Positions 25,437 through 32,646 of a DNA stretch of 64,000 nt are shown here, piece by piece. Location: positions 72-64,071 of the forward strand of contig JADGOE010000008.1 in the NCBI GenBank assembly GCA_017883135.1. Direction: 5' to 3'. Source of the stretch: Acidimicrobiales bacterium (GTDB lineage: Bacteria; Actinomycetota; Acidimicrobiia; Acidimicrobiales; RAAP-2). Numbering within the stretch: position 1 is the stretch's first letter; every line of letters starts with the position of its first letter. Made by a program: the position numbers and the translations under genes. Under the pieces are notes generated by a model. It was not told the DNA's origin. It ran no database searches and was given only the letters and a program-made list of their open reading frames with translations.

Positions 25437-27586
25437 CGGTCGAGGTGGGGGGAGGCCGGCAACCGGCGCAGGTCGCCGGGTCCGCCGGTTCGCCACCCGG
25501 TGCCGTGCTCGACGTTCCCGGTCAGCGGGGCCTTCCCGACGGCTCGGACTGCGGTGACCCGGGTGGTGACGCGGTGACCATCGCGCGCCGGCCCGAGGTG
25601 GAGCGCTCCCGATGGCACGCCCGATTTGCACCGGGCGCCGCGGCGTTGGGCATCTACCTGGCCATCTCGGTGACGCTGTGGTGGGGGGCGTGGAGCACCC
25701 ACCCGACCAGTACCACGACGTGTGGCTGTGGTGACGCCGCCCGGTACCTGTGGTTCCTCGAGTGGCCGGCCTACGCCCTCACCCACGGCCACAGCGTGCT
25801 CTACTCGACGTGGTTGTACCACCCGAGCGGGCTCAACTTGTTGAACGACACCAGCGTGCTGGCGTTCGGAGTGGTCCTCGCCCCGGTCACCTGGCTGTTC
25901 GGGCCGGTCGCTTCCCTCAATGTGGCCTCGACCTTGATCCCAGCACTCTCGGCCCTGTCGATGTTCTGGCTGTTGCGTCGCTGGGTGAGCTGGGCACCGG
26001 CCGCCTTCGTCGGCGGCCTCCTCTACGGCTTCTCGCCGTACATCGTGAACGGGGTGGCAGCAGGCTGGCTGAATACCATGTTGGCGGTGCCGCCGCTGAT
26101 CGTGGCCTGTCTCGACGAGCTGTGCGTCCGTCGCCGCTACCGGCCGGCTGCGGTCGGTGCGGTGCTGGGTGGACTGATCACCCTGGAGTTCTTCATCAGC
26201 ACCGAACAGCTGGCGATCACTTTCGTCACCGCAGCGATCGGCCTGGTCGCCCTGGGGCTCTATGCGGTGGCCTTCCACCGCGACGAGCTCGTGCACCGGG
26301 CCTACCGGATCGTCGTCGGGTTCGGCGTGGCCGGCGGCGTGGCAGTCGCCCTGCTGGCCTATCCGCTCTGGTTCACGTTTGCCGGCCCGGCCCACCTGAG
26401 CGGCCTGGTCTGGCCGTCGGTCGCCCCGGGGTACTACGGCACCACCCTCGCCGAGTTCTTCCGTCTGACCACCCGGGCCGAGGTGGCCCAGACCACCGGG
26501 CTGCTGCACCGCTACGGCGGCTACCAGGGGATCGCGCTCCACCAGTCCGAGTACCTGGGCATCGCGCTGGTGATGGTGCTCATCGCCGGGGTCGTCCTGT
26601 GGCGCCGCGACCGGCGCCTGTGGCTCTTCGCCACGGTCGGGGTGGCTTCCATGGCGCTCTGCCTGGCTCCGTTCAGGTGGGTCAACGGCTTCTGGGTCCC
26701 GTGGCGGGTGCTCGGCCGTATCCCGGTGCTGCAGAACATCCTGCCGGTGAGGTTCGCCTCGATGACCTACCTGGCGACCGCGGTCATGCTCGGAATCATC
26801 GTCGATCACGCCCGGGCGTCGACGTTGCGGTGGGCCCGACGGTCCAATGCCGCCGACCGGAGCGATAGCGCCGACCGCGCTGACCGCGCTGCGGCCCGAC
26901 GGCCGGGGCCGCGTCTGGTTGCCGCTCTGGTGGCTGCGGCTGTAGCCGTGGTCGCCATCGGCCCCATCGCGTCCACCTATGCGGACAGGCTGCCCCTGGT
27001 GATGGAGCCGGTGGTGCTGCCCGAGTGGTTCGCGACCGTCGGTCCGCACCTCCCCCCGGGCCAGGTCGTCCTCACCTACCCGGCTGCGCTGGGCGGCATT
27101 CAGGCGTCGATGGCATACCAGGCGGTCGACGGGATGTCCTTCGCTCTGGTCGGCGGGGACGGGCCCACCGGCGTTCCCCAGCGGGCCGGCGCGCAACGCC
27201 CCGGCCTCACCGTGCTGGCCGGCACCACCTTCTCCCTCGATCCGGCGACCGCGTTCCTGCCGGCCTCCGTGGCCCAGGTGCGCCGGGCGCTGACCGGGTG
27301 GGGGACGACCCTGGTGGTCATACCGGACCAGCCCGGGCTGCCGGCGTACGACAAGGGGAACAACACGGCCTATGCCGTGGCACTGATGACTGCCACCCTG
27401 GGCGCCGCGCCCAGCTACCGGGCCCGGGCGTGGACATGGGCGGTCGGGGAGAGGCCGTCGGGACCTCTGACCATCACCCCGGATGCCTTCCGGTCCTGTG
27501 TCGGCACGGCGAACTTCCCGGTCGGACCGCCCCAGACCGTTCCGGACTGCGTGCTGACTGCGTCCACCGGCGGTCGAGCAGGCTGA
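25433..27586 (+). CDS. CxCxD-motif polytopic membrane protein, paralogue 6
   Basis: An in-frame GTG at 25433 overlaps the TGA of paralogue 5 (GTGA); a later start is possible. Motifs: THPTSTTTCGCGDAARYLWFLEWPAYALTHGHSVLYS, NDTS, APVTWLFGPVASLN, GFSPY, GWGTTLVVIP, AWTW. Confidence 0.8.
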   Translation: MTVEVGGGRQPAQVAGSAGSPPGAVLDVPGQRGLPDGSDCGDPGGDAVTIARRPEVERSRWHARFAPGAAALGIYLAISVTLWWGAWSTHPTSTTTCGCGDAARYLWFLEWPAYALTHGHSVLYSTWLYHPSGLNLLNDTSVLAFGVVLAPVTWLFGPVASLNVASTLIPALSALSMFWLLRRWVSWAPAAFVGGLLYGFSPYIVNGVAAGWLNTMLAVPPLIVACLDELCVRRRYRPAAVGAVLGGLITLEFFISTEQLAITFVTAAIGLVALGLYAVAFHRDELVHRAYRIVVGFGVAGGVAVALLAYPLWFTFAGPAHLSGLVWPSVAPGYYGTTLAEFFRLTTRAEVAQTTGLLHRYGGYQGIALHQSEYLGIALVMVLIAGVVLWRRDRRLWLFATVGVASMALCLAPFRWVNGFWVPWRVLGRIPVLQNILPVRFASMTYLATAVMLGIIVDHARASTLRWARRSNAADRSDSADRADRAAARRPGPRLVAALVAAAVAVVAIGPIASTYADRLPLVMEPVVLPEWFATVGPHLPPGQVVLTYPAALGGIQASMAYQAVDGMSFALVGGDGPTGVPQRAGAQRPGLTVLAGTTFSLDPATAFLPASVAQVRRALTGWGTTLVVIPDQPGLPAYDKGNNTAYAVALMTATLGAAPSYRARAWTWAVGERPSGPLTITPDAFRSCVGTANFPVGPPQTVPDCVLTASTGGRAG

Positions 27587-27587
27587 T

Positions 27588-27641
27588 GGCATGGAGCGAG
27601 TGAACGGCATGGAGCGGGCGAACGGCACGGGTGCGCGGTGA
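27588..27641 (+). repeat. 18-nt tandem repeat (~2.5-3 units) in the short spacer before the AT3-SGNH gene
   Basis: Units are ggcatggagcgagtgaac, ggcatggagcgggcgaac and ggcacgggtgcgcggtga. The array runs from just after the paralogue-6 stop into the GTG start at 27638. Confidence 0.6.
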
Positions 27642-29668
27642 CGACGGTGGCCCAACAGCAGAGGCCCGACCGGCCGCTCCACCCGAAGGGGACCGACGTC
27701 CCTCTGTCGCCCCCGGGGGGCCTCCGGCGCTTCTCGGCGTTGGACGGTATCCGGGCGTTCGCGGTGATGGCGGTGCTCACCTACCACGCCGGTATCTCGT
27801 GGATGGGCGGGGGACTCCTCGGCGTCGACGTCTTCTTCGTGCTGTCCGGGTTCCTCATCACGTCGCTCCTCTGCCGCGAGCTGGTCCGGAGCGGTACCGT
27901 CCGGCTCGCACGTTTCTGGGCCCAGCGGGCGCGACGGCTCCTCCCCGCGCTCTTCATGCTGCTGGTCGGCATCGCCGCCTACGCGTACTTCTTCGCCGGC
28001 TCGATCGACGTCGCCTCGATCCGCGGTGACGCGCTTTCCACCCTGCTGTACTCGGCGAACTGGCACTTCATCATCTCGGACCAGGGCTACTTCGCCCAGG
28101 CTGGCGCGCCCTCCCCACTGCTCCACACCTGGTCACTCGCGGTCGAGGAGCAGTACTACCTGGTGTGGCCGCTGATCGCGCTGTGCGTCGCTCGACTGTG
28201 GGGTGTCCGCAAGCTCGCGCTCACCGCCGTCGTCGGAGCAATGGCCTCCGCCGCGCTGATGGTGTCGATGTACGCGGCCGGGTTCTCGATCGACCGGCTC
28301 TACTACGGCACGGACACCCGCGCCCAGTCGTTGCTGGTCGGCTCGTTCCTCGGTGCGGTCGGTTCCCATGTGGGCGACGGCTTCGCCATACTGCCCGACC
28401 GCTGGACGGCGACCCGCCGCTGGCGCCAGTTGTGGGTGGTACCCGGCGTACTCGGGGCCGTCTACCTGGTGTGGGCGTGGCACGCGCTGGCCGGCCCCGA
28501 CGGCTTCCTCTACCGTGGCGGTTTCCTGCTGGTGGCAGTGGCTGCCGGGGCGGTCATCCTCACTTGCGTCACCGCACCGGCTTCGCTCCTCGCGCGGCTG
28601 TGCTCGTTGGGCCCGCTCGTGTTCGTCGGGCGCATCTCCTATGGGCTCTACCTGTACCACTGGCCCCTGTTCTTCGTGATCAACCACGCGCACACCGGGC
28701 TGAACGGTGCGTGGCTCCTGGTCGTTCGTCTGGTCGCGACGTTCGCGGTCGCCACCATCTCCTTCGTGGCCCTCGAAGAGCCGATCCGGACCGGTCGGCT
28801 CCTTCGCGGTTGGAAGGGCTCGGTGTGGATCGGCCTTGCCGTGGTGGCGACGGCGGTCGCGGTGCTGCTCGCCACCGTCACGCCGGCCGCCACCGCGGTC
28901 GCCCGGCAACCTGGCAACACGATGCCGAGCGCCGAACGCCGCGCACTGACCGCGGCCGGAGCGTTCACGACCAAGCCGGTACGGTTCCTGCTCCTCGGGG
29001 ACTCGATCGCCCTCACCTTCGGCATCGGGCTCGTCGTACAGAGCGAACAGCGCTACGGGGTGCGCCTCTTGAACGGGGGTTTCCTCGGTTGCGACCTCGA
29101 CGGCGTGAACACCATCGTGTCCGGTGTGGTGAGTCCTGCGACGTCGGAGTGCGCGAGTTGGAGATCAGTGTGGCGCGGCGCTATCGAACGGATCCGTCCC
29201 GACGTCGTCGGGCTGCTGATCGGGCGGTGGGTGGTGAGCGATCACCTCTACCAGGGCCACTGGGTGCACGTCGGCGAGCCGGTGTGGGACCGGCACCTGG
29301 CCGCCGAGCTCGACCAGGCCATCGACATCTTCACCGCCGGCGGCGCCAAGGTGGTGCTGTTCACAATGCCCTACGTCGATCCCCCCACCGAGGCGGCCAA
29401 CGGCACCCCGTTTCCCGAGAACGATCCGGCCCGGGCCCGGGCCTTCAACGACCTGCTGGTGAAGATCGCAGGCCAACGTGCCGGAGTGGTCACCTTGATC
29501 GACCTGAACAAGCTCATCGATCCCAACGGCCGGTTCCAGCCTGTGGTCGACGGCGTCACGGTCCGTTGGGCGGACGGGATCCACATCTCCAAGACCGGTG
29601 GCGAGTGGCTGCAGCCCGTAATACTCCCGACGGTCGCCCGGCTGGGGCTACAGGCCCGTTCCGGCTGA
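27638..29668 (+). CDS. Acyltransferase family 3 fused to a C-terminal SGNH/GDSL-like domain
   Basis: 676 aa. Motifs: LDGIRAFAVMAVLTYHAG, VDVFFVLSGFLITSLL, WSLAVEEQYYLVWP. SGNH block I is FLLLGDSIA and block V is WADGIHIS. Paralogue of 1482-3626. Confidence 0.85.
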   Translation: MTTVAQQQRPDRPLHPKGTDVPLSPPGGLRRFSALDGIRAFAVMAVLTYHAGISWMGGGLLGVDVFFVLSGFLITSLLCRELVRSGTVRLARFWAQRARRLLPALFMLLVGIAAYAYFFAGSIDVASIRGDALSTLLYSANWHFIISDQGYFAQAGAPSPLLHTWSLAVEEQYYLVWPLIALCVARLWGVRKLALTAVVGAMASAALMVSMYAAGFSIDRLYYGTDTRAQSLLVGSFLGAVGSHVGDGFAILPDRWTATRRWRQLWVVPGVLGAVYLVWAWHALAGPDGFLYRGGFLLVAVAAGAVILTCVTAPASLLARLCSLGPLVFVGRISYGLYLYHWPLFFVINHAHTGLNGAWLLVVRLVATFAVATISFVALEEPIRTGRLLRGWKGSVWIGLAVVATAVAVLLATVTPAATAVARQPGNTMPSAERRALTAAGAFTTKPVRFLLLGDSIALTFGIGLVVQSEQRYGVRLLNGGFLGCDLDGVNTIVSGVVSPATSECASWRSVWRGAIERIRPDVVGLLIGRWVVSDHLYQGHWVHVGEPVWDRHLAAELDQAIDIFTAGGAKVVLFTMPYVDPPTEAANGTPFPENDPARARAFNDLLVKIAGQRAGVVTLIDLNKLIDPNGRFQPVVDGVTVRWADGIHISKTGGEWLQPVILPTVARLGLQARSG

Positions 29669-29701
29669 GCGCCGACCGGCACTAAACGTTGACCTGGAAC
29701 G

Positions 29702-29872
29702 TTAGGGGCGGTGGCAACCATGGGGTAACCGAACACTCGAATTGGTGACCGCTTCCCAGGTGGTCACTACCGATTTCGCCTTAGTTCGGCCCACACCGGC
29801 AACACGGACGCAGACCTTGGCATCCCGCTTCGAGATATCGACCCCGGCGCACCGGGGATGCACCACATCCAT
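29702..29872 (-). pseudogene. N-terminal stub of an IS110-family transposase (truncated remnant)
   Basis: MDVVHPRCAGVDISKRDAKVCVRVAG...TTWEAVTNS resembles the characteristic IS110 transposase N-terminus (M..V...AGIDV.K....C). The frame stops after 56 codons, with no catalytic domain or ends visible. Confidence 0.55.
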
Positions 29873-30252
29873 CGCTCGCTCCTTCCTCGACATGAGGACC
29901 ATGGGGTGGGTGGTCGTCCCGGGAGGGCAAGGAAAATCAGAAGGCTGACGCTCGTGCTCGAAGGCAACAGTCCACGGTTCCCGTGGGAGCCCTTCACCAC
30001 CGTGCTGAACTACAGGCTCACTGGCACTACAGAGGATTCCGTATCGAACCGGAACGAGCCGAACCATTGTGCCCAACGGTCTCGATGGTCGCCAGGGGCG
30101 CTCCCCACGGCGAGGGGCGATCGCGTCACACGATCTTCGCTTGCCCCAGCGAGCCTGGGTCAGGGCTCTATGTCGCTGAGGCGAAGATCCATTCCGGGGA
30201 ATACGCCAGGTCGACAGACGGGACTTCGAATCGCAGCCCAGAGGCCGGCAGC

Positions 30253-30783
30253 TCAGCGCCTCGATCCGCGTTCGCCAATAGCACAGATGTCGTCGACCAG
30301 GAACTCGTCCCACTCGAGATGTGGATACGCAGCGAAGTAGAGGTCGGCTGCCTGTTCGGGTGACTCGAATCCGCACTCACTCCAGATTGCGGTGAGATCA
30401 GTGAGGTCGACTGCCCGAGCAGCGAATAGCTTCATGACGAACACCTGTTGGAGGGGCGCTCCGAGCACCCGCAGCCTGGGGTGGTCGAGTTCAACGGTGC
30501 AGGCGGTTTCATCGAATGTCTGCGGAGTGAAGTCGGCCGCCGAATCGTTGAGCCAACGAGGAGCGAGGCCATGGCGGTCTGCCACATGAGCGATAGCCTC
30601 TTTGAGAGATGCCCCGAGCCGCTTGATGCTGTCGACGTCGTTGGTCGCCTCACGAAAGCCGAGCAACGCGAGCAGTGAACCGCCGACCACGACGATGCAC
30701 TGCGGGGCATCGTCGGGCAGGAGATCGGCGACTTCCGTGAGGTAGGCCCGGATTCTGTCCGGTGTAAGGAGTGGGTCAGGCAC
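30253..30783 (-). CDS. Minimal nucleotidyltransferase-fold protein (MNT-like; putative toxin/antitoxin component)
   Basis: ~176 aa from the GTG at 30783, which overlaps the upstream gene end by 8 nt. Pol-beta-type NTase signature VVVGGSLLALLGFREATNDVDSI (G-S ... D-x-D). Confidence 0.65.
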   Translation of the reverse strand: MPDPLLTPDRIRAYLTEVADLLPDDAPQCIVVVGGSLLALLGFREATNDVDSIKRLGASLKEAIAHVADRHGLAPRWLNDSAADFTPQTFDETACTVELDHPRLRVLGAPLQQVFVMKLFAARAVDLTDLTAIWSECGFESPEQAADLYFAAYPHLEWDEFLVDDICAIGERGSRR

Positions 30784-31387
30784 CGACCGTCTCGGGGTTT
30801 CGCCACAGGCTGGGCTCATCGATGACCACCCCGCGGTCCAGGAGTTGAGAAGGGGCGGCGTTTCGCCACATCGCCATCAGTCGTGGCGTGCCAAACGGAG
30901 ACCACTCTTGACGCAGACACGGGGTGCGCCGAGTCCAAGCCGGACGGCTGATCCCGGCGTCGTCAGCCAGCTTCTCGGCGATTCCGGCCAACAGCGTGTC
31001 AAGGACCGGAGACTGAGACTTGGCTGGGCGGCGAATGATCGCCGTTTCAACACGGTCGGGGTGAAGGGCAAGGTCATCGAGGAACGACCGGAGCTTCGTC
31101 CAATCAGGATGCTCGTCAGGTGATTCGACCCAAGCGTCTGCTAGCTCAGCGAGGACGGGGCCACGCTGTGATGGTGGCCTGCGTGTCGACCTCAAATGTA
31201 GATCCTGCCCTGCGGCCTCAAGGAGTCTCCGCAGCATCCCGAACGTGGGGTCAACCTTGCCGGACTCGATACGAAGGACGGTCGATGAGGGGACTTGAGC
31301 CAGCTTTGCCAAGGCGCGAGCCGACAGGTCGGCAGATTGCCGGGCGTCGCGAACGAGGTCAGCAGGACTCTCCATGAATGAGAGCAT
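30776..31387 (-). CDS. XRE-family helix-turn-helix protein with uncharacterised C-terminal domain
   Basis: 203 aa. HTH_3-like segment LSARALAKLAQVPSSTVLRIESGKVDPTFGMLRRLLEAAG, followed by a ~130-aa extension. Translationally overlaps the NTase gene. Confidence 0.75.
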   Translation of the reverse strand: MLSFMESPADLVRDARQSADLSARALAKLAQVPSSTVLRIESGKVDPTFGMLRRLLEAAGQDLHLRSTRRPPSQRGPVLAELADAWVESPDEHPDWTKLRSFLDDLALHPDRVETAIIRRPAKSQSPVLDTLLAGIAEKLADDAGISRPAWTRRTPCLRQEWSPFGTPRLMAMWRNAAPSQLLDRGVVIDEPSLWRNPETVGA

Positions 31388-31811
31388 ATATGCAGCGTTG
31401 CACAGTCGTCCACAGCCCGGTATGGCCCCAACTGGTCGCTTTGCACGGGAGACGCCAGCAGTCCGGGTACGAGCCCCTTCTCCAGAATCGAAGACCTGAG
31501 CGCAAGGCGCTCAACATTCGGTTAACCCATGTCTGATCGAAACAACTGGAGAGAGCAAAACCGCAGGTCAACAGCCACTTCTGCACAGGGCGATGCCCGT
31601 CTTCCTCGGCATTCAGCTAACCCATGTCTCGTCTCAACCCACTCCGGTGCGTTCCGACGGAGGACACCACCAGTTCCAGCGTATGGATCGCCGATTCTCG
31701 AGGCCGGCCGGCCCTGAAGGTCTACGCGCATCCCAGCGACGACCGACAGCGTGCGGCGTCAGCTGCCATAGCCGGGAGGCTCCGATCGTTCCGGCCGAAT
31801 CGCGGGCGACA

Positions 31812-32096
31812 TCAGGGGTGCGGGCCGATGCTCACGACGGTGATCTCGCCGGCGTCCGGACCGAAGAACCACCAGACCCGCCACGCCGAGGGGGTGCCCT
31901 GCTCGACGTAGGACTCCCACACCTTTTCGCCGTAGAAGGAATCGAAGCTCTCGTAGCGGTGGCTGGCGAGACTCGGGTGCCGGTGGTTCTGTTCGAGCAG
32001 GCCCAGGCACTCGGCTATCTTCTTGGCCCGCTTCGGGTCCTGTACCCCTTCGATGATCTGATCGACGGTCTGGGTGGTCTGTACCTGGTGGGCCAT
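31812..32096 (-). CDS. RelE/ParE-superfamily toxin-like protein
   Basis: 94 aa from the ATG at 32096. The layout KRAKKIAECLGLLEQNHRHPSL.SHRYES...KVWESYVEQGTPSAWRVWWFFGPDAGEITVVSIGPHP matches the RelE/ParE pattern (helix, 'nP.hp.L', then a beta-sheet with a conserved aromatic-R and terminal H). Assigned by recognition only. Confidence 0.55.
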   Translation of the reverse strand: MAHQVQTTQTVDQIIEGVQDPKRAKKIAECLGLLEQNHRHPSLASHRYESFDSFYGEKVWESYVEQGTPSAWRVWWFFGPDAGEITVVSIGPHP

Positions 32097-32107
32097 GCGC
32101 CCAGTAT

Positions 32108-32128
32108 ACCCGATTAGGGTAATCGGGT
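32108..32128. promoter_or_regulatory. Perfect 9-bp-arm palindrome in the divergent intergenic region (candidate operator)
   Basis: acccgatta-ggg-taatcgggt, starting 12 nt upstream of the RelE-like start codon. Confidence 0.5.
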
Positions 32129-32136
32129 GAAAGGGA

Positions 32137-32165
32137 TTGACCCTTACGTCACAAAGGGGTAAGGT
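32137..32165 (+). promoter_or_regulatory. Sigma-70-type promoter for the AbrB-like gene
   Basis: TTGACC (32137-32142), 17-nt spacer, then TAAGGT (32160-32165). The spacer contains a ccttac/gtaagg inverted repeat. Confidence 0.45.
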
Positions 32166-32225
32166 GGCATCAGGCAGGGTGCGGCATGGAGCATGCGGCA
32201 TTGGCCGGAGCAAGGGAGAGTGCCG

Positions 32226-32525
32226 ATGGCACAGGAGATCGAAGTCGACGAGCGTCAACGCGTCTCATTGGGAAAGATCATCGGGAAGGACGTGAAGCGG
32301 TTCCGTGTGGAAGAGCTGGCCGGGGGCGAACTGTTGCTCACCCCGGTCGTATCTCTCTCGCAGCGCGAGCTGAGCGTCCTGGCAGACCCGGCACGGGTGG
32401 CCAGCATCCAGGCCGGCATCGTCGAGGCGAAGGAAGGCAAGATCGTCCGGCACGGGCCGGGATACTGGACCCAGCGGGCCAAGGACCTCGCCGACGCCGA
32501 TGACGAGGCCGAGGCGTTGCCGTGA
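32226..32525 (+). CDS. AbrB/SpoVT/MazE-type antitoxin-like DNA-binding protein
   Basis: 99 aa from the ATG at 32226. The N-terminus (EIEVDERQRVSLGKIIGKDVKRFRVEELAGGELLLTPV) resembles a swapped-hairpin beta-barrel domain. Acidic C-terminal tail. Confidence 0.55.
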   Translation: MAQEIEVDERQRVSLGKIIGKDVKRFRVEELAGGELLLTPVVSLSQRELSVLADPARVASIQAGIVEAKEGKIVRHGPGYWTQRAKDLADADDEAEALP

Positions 32526-32616
32526 CGTGGGAGTGCTGCTCCGAAAGGTGAGCTTCAGGTCGTCAGGCGGGTGCCCAATCGGACCTTCCCGGGTTCGAAA
32601 CACCGCCGGCGAACCA

Positions 32617-32640
32617 TTAGGTAGCAAAACTAACTAAACT
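32617..32640 (+). promoter_or_regulatory. AT-rich imperfect palindrome and -10-like box immediately upstream of the MarR gene
   Basis: ttaggtag-caaaa-ctaactaa (7 of 8 arm positions pair). TAAACT (32635-32640) ends 6 nt before the ATG at 32647, which suggests a leaderless transcript. Confidence 0.4.
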
Positions 32641-32646
32641 GGGGAC

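Noticed and set aside
29858-30363. Plus-strand ORFs 29858-30340 (160 aa) and 29983-30363 (126 aa) in the low-GC gap after the IS110 stub
   Set aside because: They are mutually overlapping, have no motifs and odd composition (Arg/Ser/Pro-rich), and run antisense into the 3' end of the NTase gene. They are probably non-coding scar DNA.
32585-32616. gggttcgaaacaccgcc, reminiscent of a tRNA T-arm (GGTTCGAA)
   Set aside because: The flanking bases do not form a T-stem (ccggg versus caccg), and no acceptor or anticodon arms can be drawn. I found no tRNA in the window.
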